From assembly GCA_047495785.1 (NCBI GenBank), contig JBLDXI010000064.1:806001-870000 (forward strand): a stretch of DNA of 64,000 bases. The letters are read 5' to 3'. Source of the DNA: Lepidodermella squamata (lineage: Eukaryota > Animalia > Gastrotricha). This document shows, piece after piece, positions 26,539-38,226 of the stretch. A program made the translations under genes and the position numbers. Under the pieces are notes generated by a model that saw only the letters and a program-made list of their open reading frames with translations, did no database searches and was not told where the DNA came from. Position 1 is the stretch's first letter, and every line of letters starts with the position of its first letter.

Positions 26539-27873
26539 ATGCAGTGCTGTCTTCTTAGCTGTGTCTTGGCGGTTTCTGCCATTGTTTTTTCGTCATCAGC
26601 TGCTCAGGATGATGGCACTTCAAACAGCAGCTACTCTCCACCAGGCGAGGCCTTCACGCAATCAGTGATCAAACGCTGCGATTTGAAGACCAAAACCCGC
26701 CCATCGCTCGGTTATGACGATGCAGTCATCGTCACAGTCGACTCGTACCCGTACCGATTCTCCGGAATTTACGACAAGGAACAAACGTAAGCCATTCAGC
26801 ATTCTCGCGACATCAATTACTAAGTTCATTTGCTGTCAAAGGTACTCGATGATAATTGAATTCGATTTCACGTGGCCTCACCCATGTGCGCAATGGAGCG
26901 TGAATGAAAGCCGTCTGCGGTCGTTCGAACTGCCTGCCTCCGAATGCTGGTATCCGCGAGTTCAACACACGAATGCAAATGATGACATATCGAAGCTTTA
27001 CAAGTGAATTGATTATGAATGGTCTTTTTAACTAATTATACCTATATCATTTCAAGCTCGGTCGAACCAGCCGGAAAGCTGTTTGTCACCAGCGACGGTG
27101 ACATGATACTGCCGGTTGTTTTGGGAGTCAATTCTTTCTGCCTATTGAAGTACCATTGGCCTATTGAGATCCCACTGTGTTATCTAAACTATTTTTATTG
27201 CAGGCTGGTGAAATTCCCCTTTGATACTCAAAACTGCCGCGTGGAGATTGAATCGTGGTACACAGCACCCGACGTTCGTCTGCAATTGCCAGAGAATCAG
27301 ACCGATCTCAACGACAGAATCGCCAACAATTTCATATCAGCCAATGATATTTGGGAGCTCACGGCAACTAATGCCAGCGTTGCTATCCATTCTTACAGTG
27401 GCGATGCAAAAGGCGAGAGGTACTACCGCGTGATTTACGAGTTCAGCTACCGTCGCAAATCGGCGTCGTACATCATGAACATTTTCCTGCCGAGCTTCGC
27501 GCTGCTATCGCTGATGCTCTCCGTGTGGGTGATGCCGCCCGAGCACCCGGACCGCCCCGGCTTCTGCATGACCGTCGTGCTCGCCTACACCGTTCTGCTG
27601 TCCATAGTTGCAGACTCGCTGCCGAAAACCTCCGAGCTCAGCTACACGCTCATCTTCATGGGCGCGCAGATGGTCATCGGCTGCGTGTGCACCATCTACG
27701 CTTTGGTGACATGCCAACTGGCGAATATACCGATGTTCAAGAAGCGGAAATTTAAATGCCGAAATATCAAACTGACGCTCATTGAAGCGATTGATGTTGA
27801 ATTTTTCGTTTTTCTTCTCACATCGTGTGCGATTACGAATGCTATTATTCTCTACCGCATGATAACGCCGTGA
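26539..27873 (+). CDS. Cys-loop ligand-gated ion channel subunit B (4 exons)
   Basis: Same architecture and intron positions as A; Cys-loop CLLKLVKFPFDTQNC. Confidence 0.9.
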
Positions 27874-28199
27874 GAAGAAATTTACAGGCGTTTGTTGGTA
27901 ATTTGAAAAAAGCTATTGTCAATAAGCATTTTTAAGGTTACAGGGAAGCCGGGCGGTAGGGCGGCCAAAAACTACTTGGCGGGCCACCATTGAAAATTAC
28001 CTGTGCAACATGGGGCTGAGCTGGGGATCGGCTCAGGTCTTGGCCAGGGACCGGGACTAGTGGAGAAGAACATGCGAGGAGGCAGTGCGCCCCGCTAGGG
28101 AACTAAACTGATACTACTACCGGAGTCGAGATGCAACTCGCTGATTGCGCTGATGCTCAAAGTAATCATGAATGATGAATGATTTCATAGCCTCTTGAA

Positions 28200-29826
28200 T
28201 TTATAAAACTATTGAATGAACTATTGAGTCAGTGTGCTATCAAATGCTGATTTTTAAGTAGGTCGAATTACTTCGATGAACAGCACATTTTCGGGGATAT
28301 CTCACTTGCACTTGCACTTGCCAAGTCATATATAAGAGTAGCCTTTTCTCTATGCGATTCATCACAATAGGAAGGTAAGATTCAGCGTAGCGTAAAGCCA
28401 TTCGGAAAGTATTGGCAACAGCACCAGCGTAGCTGCTACAGTAGCGCCGGGGGAACCCATTGTACACCTTTCCGTAAATTCCGTTAATAGGCTGTAGTCG
28501 ACAAGCAGCTTGACGAGTCGACAACTATGGCGCCGTCGCCGAGAGGAGAAGGGTCCGTATTTCGGTCCCGGGTCCAAAAATGAGACTTCGTCGATGCACT
28601 TGATGCATGGAAGCCAGCCCAAAACTAGCATCATTTCTCAAACCAACAGCGGCGTCTAAAGCAAGTATAAAACTTTCGCCCCATTGTCAGACGGAAAAAC
28701 CAGACGGAAAGTGTCAGATGCTTCCGATCACCTTGTACCTAGTAATTTGTTGTTAGCAAAGTCGTAAAATCGCGACAAATTAAAATCACGGCAGATTTGG
28801 TTTTTATATGAGAGCACGGGAAATGCTCGGTAATAGCCGGCAAGTATGCGGTGAAAAAGAGCTCGAGTCGCCGCAACACCCTCGTCGAGATCGTAGGCAA
28901 TGAAGTTGCGCGGGGCAGCTCGTTCAGAAACCGTGTGATTCGAAGCTCCGTCAACAATACAACGAGTCAACGATACGCTCTCGTTTTTCTCCACTCAGGG
29001 CCCTATCGGACCGAATTCCGAATTCGTTCGTCGATTTGAGCGTATCACAAAATGTCATTGAGTTCCAGGAGCATTGCATCAACAAGGACGTATTTGATTT
29101 GAGTATGCGGCGAGAAATACATGTCGCTAAGATTTACGGCCCTCGACTTCCAGATTATTGTTCCTCCGATTCAGACACTGATAAACTAGAGCTCTATTCG
29201 CGGCTTTCATTGTTACTCCGTAATAGTTTCAGAGACCCGAAGGGGTTTCTTGGCAAACAGGATTCAGCTATTCCTGCTTTTCGTCATTGGGAAAATTGCA
29301 ATTCATTAGACTCGGATCTAAGACTAGACATCGATTCGGACACTTGCTGATCGTCCATTAAAGATTAGAGATGGAGACATTTTTACGAAGTCTTACAAAC
29401 GTTTGCCGTGAAAGCCTCATAAAACTGCGGCAAAATTAGCATTAAATACGTGCGGGGCAGTAGCTCGTTCAAAAACCGTATGCTTCGATGCCCCGGAATC
29501 AACGATTTCCACTTTCATTGCTCTGAGGCAACCATGGCGTTGCCAGGAGATGTGTCTGCATCAAACTCGGTCCCAACCAATTAGGCTTTAACGGTGTTTT
29601 CCTCGACAGTCGTGGCCGAAATTAGACGCGCGGAGGTCGGCTTGCTGCGTTGCTGCTGCCGTTTCTGATGGTTGTCTCTCTGAGCAACGGAAGTCGAAAT
29701 CGTTGATTCCGGAGCATCGAAGCATACGGTTTTTGAAAGAGCTACTGCCCCGCACGTATTTAATGCTAATTTTGCCGCAGTTTTACGAGGCTTTCACGGC
29801 AAACGTTTGTAAGACTTCGTAAAAAT
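28200..29826. mobile_element. Unclassified repeat ending in a ~145-bp-arm foldback (29379-29527 / 29678-29826)
   Basis: Near-perfect inverted arms (ttttacgaagtcttacaaacgtttgccgtg...gaatcaacgatttc). Parts recur inverted at 4690-5030. Confidence 0.7.
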
Positions 29827-30688
29827 TCGGCAAGCGGCTAGAAAAGCTGCAGTAAAACACATGGGTTCTCAACGAGCTGTCCTGCACCACTTACGCTACT
29901 GTAAAACGGCAAAACTGCAATACAGTATTACTGTATTAAGGTTCCAGTGGCTAGTGGTTGGAATGACTTCTTTTTTTAGCTGTGGAGTGATGTAGGCGGG
30001 TAGTCAAGCCTCGCACACACATTGCGCATGGGTGCATACAAACAAACAAAGAAACAACGATTTCCACGACACGAATGGCGACAGTACGGGGGTTCCCCCG
30101 GCATTCCGAACGATGCGACCAACTCGCTTCGGGTTGCGAGGAGCACGCAGAGTATATGACGAAATAGTGATCTTCGTCGCTAACCGCTACACGCCACTGA
30201 CGGCTTATTACATTCGTCAACATCATATTCAGCGGCGAGCAGATCAATGTCAACGCCAATGAGAACCAACTCAAGTGCGACAAACTCTATGCTTGATTCT
30301 TGCAATCACTCTGCCCGCTGCCTAACTTTATGTAAAGGCTGAAGCCAAGATTCGACGGGTGCAAGATGACTTTCTCATTCGCTCTGCTAAACTCAGGCAT
30401 ATTGCGAATACGCTCAGCGAAGGAATAATAACTGCTTGATTGGCAGGAGTGGCAGAACGAATTCAGCTGCGTTTTTGGATTTAATTTAGTTCTAATCGTA
30501 AGGCGAATGAAACGAGAAAGGATCGATAACTGAGGCAGGCAGAAAAAGGCGAAATGCATGGCCGTTAATTATTCAACATCATATCTCGGCTTGTTCCAGC
30601 CGATCCCGTGATTGACACCTGAATGCATGTAAGCTTATGGAAAATGCAAACGAGAGTCCATAAAAATAAACGAATCGAAATTCACAGC

Positions 30689-32032
30689 ATGCAGCCGAGT
30701 TGTCTTACCTGTGTCTTGGCGGTTTCTGTCATTGTTCTTTCGTCATCAGCAGCTCAGGACGATGGCACTTCACTGTTGGAAAGCAACAGCAGCTACTCTC
30801 CACCAGGCGAGGCCTTCACACAATCGTTGATCAAACGCTGCGATTTGAAGACCAAAACCCGCCCATCGCTCGGTTATGACGATGCAGTCATCGTCACAGT
30901 CGACTCGTACCCGTACCGATTCTCCGGAATTTACGACAAGGAACAAAAGTAAGCCATTCAGCATTCTCGCGGCATCAATTACTAAGCTTATTTACTGCCA
31001 AAGGTACTCGATGATAATGGAATTTGCTCTCACGTGGCCTCACCCATGTGCGCAATGGAGCGCGAATGCTAGCCGGCTGCGGCTTTTCGAACTGCCTGCC
31101 TCCGAATGCTGGTATCCGCGAGTTCAACACAGCAATGCAAATGACGACGTATCGAAGCTTTACAAGTGAACCAATTATAAATGGCCTTTTCAACTAGTTA
31201 TAAGTACCTATCATTTTCAGCTCGATAGAAGCAGCCGCAGCTCTGTATGTCACCAGCAACGGTGACGTACAACTGCCGGTGGTTCTGGAAGTCAACTCTT
31301 TCTGCCTATTGAAGTACCGCAAACTGAGATGCCGCTGTGTTGTGCAACTTTTTTTATTTCAGGCTGCTGAAATTCCCCTTCGATATTCAACACTGTCGCG
31401 TCGAAATCGAATCGTGGCACACAGCATCCGAAGTTCGCCTGCAACTGCCAAAAAATCAGACCGATCTCAACGACAGAATCGCCGACGATTTTATTTCAGC
31501 CAGTGATATTTGGGAGCTCATGGCAACTAATGCCAGCGTTGTTATCTATTCGTACAGAGGCGATGCAGATGGCGAAAGGTACTACCGCGTGATTTACGAG
31601 TTCAGCTACCGTCGCAAATCTGCTTCGTACATCATGAACATATTCCTGCCCAGCTTCGCACTCCTCTCGCTGATGCTCTCCGTGTGGGTGATGCCGCCGG
31701 AGCACCCGGACCGCCCCGGCTTCTGCATGACCGTCGTGCTCGCCTACACTGTCCTGCTGTCCATTGTCTCGGACTCGCTGCCGAAAACCTCCGAGCTCAG
31801 CTACACGCTCATCTTCATGGGCGCGCAAATGGTCATCGGCTGCGTGTGCACCATCTACGCTTTGGTGACCTGCCAACTGGCGAATATCCCAATGTTCAAG
31901 AAGCGGAAGTATAAAATTGGAAAAATCAAGTTGACTCTCATTCAAGCTGTTGATGTGACGTTTTTCGCTTTTCTTATCGTAGCGAGTTCAGTTATAAATG
32001 TTGTAATTCTCTACGACATGATAACGCCTTGA
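30689..32032 (+). CDS. Cys-loop ligand-gated ion channel subunit C (4 exons)
   Basis: Cys-loop CLLKLLKFPFDIQHC. Exon 1 is nearly identical to that of B; same introns. Confidence 0.9.
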
Positions 32033-32854
32033 ATGACGAATTTGCACAGCAGACAATGATACTGATGAATGCTTCATCAAGTTATTTAACTGCAACTAAA
32101 CCCCATGAATAATTGTTGGACTTTGTCTTTGATAAAAAAAATCATTTCAAATACTTTTAATGTAGACTTAGTTCTATCATTTTCACCGTAGGAAGCGATA
32201 GTTTTTTCCACTTGGCGTCGTGATTACTAGTACGCAGCATCTGTTATTGTGTTGGAATTATCTCACTCTATTACGCCGCGCATTCAAGCGGGATAAGTTC
32301 AACTCTTAAGCAATTGAGCAGAAAAAGCAAATCGGCATTGTTTAGTATGTGTGGAAATGGTGCTAAAAGTAAATTTTATATCGTTTTTCAAATTGATTCT
32401 CTGAAAGCGTGCTAGCAGGGGCAGGAGGTTCTTCGTCTCACATCCTGCTAGAAATGTTTTTTTCGCACTAAATTGCGCACCTCCGATCGGAAATTGAACT
32501 CAGACTCAGTTCAAATCGTGCCATTTTTTACTGCTAAAACTCACAGCATCTGTAGAAACTCACAGAGAAAAACGGTGTTCTGACGTCACACTGATTTCAA
32601 GCTGTAAGCGGATCAATATTTACACTATACAAAATAACAGCTGCATTGCTGTATGCATGTGATTTCAGTCCTTGATCTCGGTCATCAACACAAGTGTTTT
32701 TCACGAATTTTGAACATACACGTTGATGTCAGCTGATCTGCCGCCGGAATGCATTTCCCCACATGTCACCATGTGTTCTTTCCTGTCGATCGCAATTACA
32801 ATGATGGATGCGCAGAAGATGAGTCTTTCACGCCGATAGCGAATGCACGCAGTC

Positions 32855-35119
32855 ATGACAGTGCCGAATGCAACTGTGTTGCCGGGCGGGTCGTGGATAG
32901 TCGCAGATTTGCCTGACCACGTGTTCAACGGCCCGAAGGCGTATTTCGTGGGATGGGCACACGATCTAAGCACTCACTCGGTCGCAGATCGCCTGCCTTA
33001 CACCGCTCTATCCGCAATGTTGACTGTCATTGGAATTATAGCTAGCATTGCAAATGTGTTGATTTACTACCGCCGCAATGTGAATCGCGACTTTCTACTG
33101 CTGAACTGTATCGCGGCCGTAAGAAACATGTTTTTCGCCGTCGATTGGACGTTCATGCTTCTGGTGCCGCTCGGCAACGGCTACTGGGAGGCGAGCGACG
33201 CCACATGCCAGCTGTCGTTCTGGCTGAGTGCCGTCTCCGGGTCCTACGGCATGCTTCTCAATCTGCACATTAGCTACGAACGGCGAGTGTGCGTCACCTC
33301 GAACAGTATCTACCGATCGAATACACGCAAGGTACGTACTACAGTCACTTAAAATCAGGCTTCTTCAGTCAGTTATTTATAACCATAAGCAAGGTTGAAA
33401 ATCTGTTTTTGAACTTTTCCATTATGCAAGTTTGGTCTTCTTATCCCAATAAATGATAAAAGCTGAACACATTGAACTTTTAACTCGGCGCGCCAGGTTT
33501 GCAGTTTTGAGTCATGCCCGTCCTAATCCTGAAATTTTCGGGAATGAACTCGAGATATTCCGACGCTTCCATCATTTTACCCGATCGAATTAACACTTTA
33601 ACTGCCAAAAATAGACTGCGAGGTCCGATATTTGGGTCTAATTCCTGGGTCTGCCAAAGAGTCATTTTTTTCGGGTCAACGATGCGTTGAGGGGCAAAAT
33701 GCCTGACGGCAAAGTTTAGGCCATGACCTGGCGGTTCTTTTGACACCGAATTCGGGGCCACACAAGGTCTGAGCAGGTCATTGAAAATGACAGTGAAATA
33801 ACGTCGACATTTTGGCTTAGAGGCAAAAATCAGACCCAAGAATTTGACCTAATTATTAGACCCCGATTAATGCGCAACAATCGAAATTTCACTGTTTTTC
33901 AAGTTTGATTTCTGTGCGTTTCTTGATGTCTTTGGCCCCAAATTCGGTGTCAAAAGAACCGCCAGGTCATGGCCTAAACTTTGCCATCAGGCATTTTGCC
34001 CCTCAACGCATCGTTAACCCGAAAAAAATGACTCTTTGGCAGACCCAGGAATTAGACCCAAATTCATCATTCGGAACATTTCATAAGAGATGTGACGAGG
34101 ATTCCATTTAGATTAATCTCAATTCAACGTCATCAGTTTTCCAACGAATGAACTTTTACTGAGCAAACCTATCAAGGGTATGGCATGTTTTCGAGTTCAC
34201 AAAATCGCATGTGTCATTCTCGCAAAAAAAGAACCAAAACGGAAGTAATCACCACTTTAGTACTTGTAATACCAAATTGTTTTATCAATCACCAACCGCC
34301 TAATGTTTGATTTGTCGTTAGTTGGTCGTTATAGCGACAAGCTTGCTCGTGTTCTGCTGCGTGTCTTCCTTCGTTTTCGCCTTCGCCCCGTTGTCGCTGA
34401 TGACCGTTCGAACATTTAACCTCATTGACAGCAGTAGCAGCGCAGGAGTTACAAACAACAACAACAACAATGGCACGAGCAGGGCCACGTCTCCCGTTCG
34501 GCTTTGCGCATTTTTCGCCGATCGCCTCGTCGGCCCTGTCGACGGCCTGCTCGTAGCCGTTTCGTATTTCCTATTTGCGTCGCAGGCAGCCTGCTCAGGC
34601 CTGGCGTACAATTACTGGAAACTTTTTCGGGCCATCCGAGCCGCTCGCCTCCGATCACGAGGCATCATGACGATCGAGGACAATTGGTACAGAAAGGAGA
34701 CTTTCATCGCCAAGCAATCACTCGCTTCTTTCATTGTCTACTTCACGTGCCACTTGCCGCTGTCAGTGCACTTTGTCATGGCGCTTTTCTACCGTGACGT
34801 AGGGCCAAGGTACGCAAGCGGGGACCTGCTCAAATACGGCCACGTCTGCTTGATAATGGAAATTATCCTGTCGGCCTGCATCAAATCGTTGAAGCCTGGA
34901 TTTACGGAGAAAATGCCGTGGTGGCCTGGCGGCAAAAAGAAACAAGTTGGAACGCAAATGATTAACACTGCTAGCCGCACTCTGCAAACTTTGAATAGCA
35001 AAACTGGCAGGACTACTGGTTACAGTGTTCCTGTCGCAAAAGTCGAAAAACCGCAAGTTTTTGGTCCTAATAGCCGCAGAACTAGGGCTAATCCATTAGT
35101 CTTGACTTCAAATTTTTGA
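32855..35119 (+). CDS. Atypical 7TM receptor (exons 32855-33331, 34322-35119; possible upstream ATG at 32843)
   Basis: Family motifs present; closest to the 20490 gene. The intron is enlarged by a foldback repeat. Confidence 0.85.
33631..34063. repeat. ~130-bp near-perfect inverted repeat (33631-33760 / 33933-34063) in the 7TM intron
   Basis: tttgggtctaattcctgggtctgccaaagag...gacaccgaatt.ggggcca and its reverse complement, with about 3 mismatches. Confidence 0.9.
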
Positions 35120-35756
35120 GGCTACTTTCGCTGATTATTAATTATTTTAACCTGGCCATAACTCGCTTTTACTTGAAAATGAATAAATTCGAATCATTGA
35201 ATATAACAGGAACTGTTATGATTTTCATAACTTTGAAATGAAAATGATATCCTCGATTGGGATATCATTGGCTATGGCACTGAAAGCAGTATCCGTAGTG
35301 CTAAATTTGAGATTGAAACAGCCGTTGTTTTGATGGCGAAGTAGCTCATCTTCAACCGCGAAAATTATGTATTTATTTATAGCACTCAGACGTCGCGATC
35401 AGTTAACTCGATCAGTTAGGATCGAATGGCGGAAAGCGGAAAGCTCGAATGGCCTCGAATTCGTTCATTCTCGCGATCGCCGCTCTTCCCTCGTAATAAA
35501 ACTGAGTGATCAGACTTCCGCTAGCTGGTGCACATTTCTATTATGGTAATAAACATTTTCCGTAAGTATATCATATTAAGACTACGTCAGGTGGCAGATG
35601 ACATGCAGAAAGGCGCGGCGGATCGTCGGCACTCTTGGCATGTGTAGGCGAGGAAGCAGAAATTGTGTTGCCCAGCAGCAGTGACGCTGATGTTGAAAGC
35701 TTCCTGTCTCGGAATTGTGTAGTTCTGATCCTTTCTGCGATCGACATCCATCAGTC

Positions 35757-37581
35757 ATGGCTTCTGCTGAGGCAAGAGTTGCTAAAGTCCTACCCGGCGG
35801 CGCGTGGGTTCTCGTCGATCTGCCTGAGCGAGGTTTCGACGGGCCGAGGCCGTACTTTGTCGGGTGGTACCACGACCTGAGCACGCATTCAGTCAACGAG
35901 CGGCTATCGTACAGCATCGTCACCCTGCTGGTGGCCATCGCTGGCTGCATCGCCAGCTCAGCCAGCATCGCCGTCTACTACCGCCGCAATGTTAAGCGCG
36001 ACTTTCTGCTGTTGTGCTGCCTATCAGCGGCCCGCAACATATACTGGGCCGTCAACTGGACCTACTCGCTGTTCGTGCCACTCGGCTCTGGCTTCTGGGC
36101 CGCCTCTGACGCGGCGTGCTTGGTTACGTTCTGGCAGAACGTCTGCATGGGCTGCTACGGCATGTTCCTGAGCCTGCTGATCAGCTACGAACGGCGCATG
36201 TGCGTCGCCGCTACAAGCATTTATCGATCGAATACGACTAAGGTAAAGATCACTGCATACACTTGAACTGAAACTTGAACTAAATTCGGAGACATCGGCA
36301 GTTAAATGCTAATCTAACTTAGAAAACTTTGCAACATTTTACAATATCACTTATAAATTCCATAATTCAAATCTTACCCGCTTGTTCGCTGAGATTTGTT
36401 TCAACAATTGAATCAATGATGAAAATTGATGAATCACCAATTAATCCTATCAAGAGTCAAAGGTGAAGGGCCTGGAAGGTCAGAAGCATAGAGATCAGAT
36501 TAATTTTTCTGTTACAGAATTTTTACAGAATTTTTTCTGCATCAGTTTCCTCTCTGGTTAATCTGATCTCTATGGTCAGAAGGTCCATACAATGGATCGA
36601 ACCGTCCTAAGTTGAGAGCTGCTGCATTCTCCCTGCCTCATTTTCATACATATTAGAAAACGATAGGAATTACAGGAGATCACATGTCGACTTCAAATGT
36701 TGCACGTGTCAGCGCGGCTATATCAAGTGAAACTCCGCCGAAATGACATGAATCAGTGGAAATAGGGTCTTAACTCAAATGCTATACTTACGTTTCATAA
36801 ATGTTTCATAATTTTCATAAGCTAAATGCATTTTTCGGTGTTATTTCAGTTGGTATCACTCGCCCTGGGCGCATTCGCCATATGTGCTGCTGGCCCAGTG
36901 TTTTTCACATTCGCCCCTTATCAGTTGATAAGTCTTCAATGGCTGCGTCTCATCAACAACAACAGTAAAGCTAACAACAGTAGCAGCAGCAGCTTTCGCA
37001 ACATCAGCTCAGCATCAAACGAGGAATCAGCAGCAGTTCCGCTGTGCGGCTGTTTCGTCGACCGGCTCTTCGGCCCTGTCGATACGTTCATACTCGGCGT
37101 GATTTGGTACACGATCGCCTCGCAGACAGCCTGCGTCGGGCTGGCGTACAACTACTGGAAGATTTTCCACACCATCCGAGCTGTACGCGTTCGATTCGGA
37201 ACGTCGAGAGTCAACCAATCGAATCCGATCGAGGACGAGTGGTACAAGAAGGAGATGTTCATCGCTAAGCAGTCCCTCGCCGCTTTCGTCATCTACTTCG
37301 CGTGCCACATGCCGCTGACCGTGCATTTCGTGCTGCAGCTGTTCTACCGCGAGCTCGGGCCCAAGTATGCGACTGGGCCGTTCGTGAAATACGGCGAGGT
37401 TTTGCTTCTGCTCGAAATGAGCGCGTCAGCTTTTTTGAAGACACTCAAGCCTGGTTTCTCGGCCGAGTGGCGGTGGTTTGGCTCGAGTAAGACAAGCGTT
37501 GCGCCAGGACGCACCACAGCGGCGACTTTGCAAATGACGCAGAGGTCTCCCACGGCCACAGTGTCGACGAGGCGAGGCTGA
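35757..37581 (+). CDS. Atypical 7TM receptor, most divergent intact member (exons 35757-36242, 36850-37581)
   Basis: VLPGGAWVLVDLPERGFDGPRPYFVGWYHDLST, ISYERR, AYNYWKIF, CHMP and LKPG; same intron. Confidence 0.85.
36487..36574. mobile_element. 88-bp MITE with 17-bp TIR and 8-bp TSD (P/hAT type)
   Basis: TIR CATAGAGATCAGATTAA. TSD GTCAGAAG at 36479-36486 and 36575-36582. Confidence 0.88.
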
Positions 37582-38226
37582 ACACATCACTGAATGCAGC
37601 AAGACAGCATACGGATTTTTTAACTACATTTTTCAACTAACTTACTTTTTCCACTGAAAAATGCCCTCCCGCGTTATCAATTATGTGAGTAAAAAAGATC
37701 ATGACAATTAAACGAATCGATTTTTAAGCCTAATTTTCAATTTTCAATTGGACTATGTTTTTTTGCTCATTAACCTTGATAAAACAAGGCTTTCCGCTGA
37801 AAATCAACGCATTTCATGAATCTGTTTTCAGGCATTATGAATAAAATGTACGTGATTCCAGATTGTTGGCAGAGCCAATGCCACTCTTTAGCTAATTTCC
37901 GTGCGTCCATTCAAGGAAATTAACATTTAATGAAGAAAACCGGAAATAACTCGACGTTAGGTATTTCAATAATTTTGTTATTCCACGTGGTCTGATTTTC
38001 TACAGAAGTATAAGACCAATCGATATCGACATTGAGCTCGTGAATGGCATTCGATCGATTGTTAAAGTAAGCAAAGACAGCGGCGTCTAGTGGGCTGGCG
38101 TTAATTATTAATCGAAACTCTCCAAAGTGATTGCTTTGCAACGCATACGCTTGGCGCCACAGCAAAATATGTAATGTAAGGGCAAATTTTTATACTGCTG
38201 ATAACTTCGATTTATTAGATTTAGCG

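Noticed and set aside
33480-34111. Two ORFs sharing APNSVSKEPPGHGLNF on opposite strands
   Set aside because: They simply reflect the two arms of the intronic inverted repeat.
15995-37581. 7TM genes as opsins (conserved Lys near TM7)
   Set aside because: The lysines (LKYG, IKxLKP) are not in the K-x5-NP register of the retinal-binding Lys, and there is no NPxxY.
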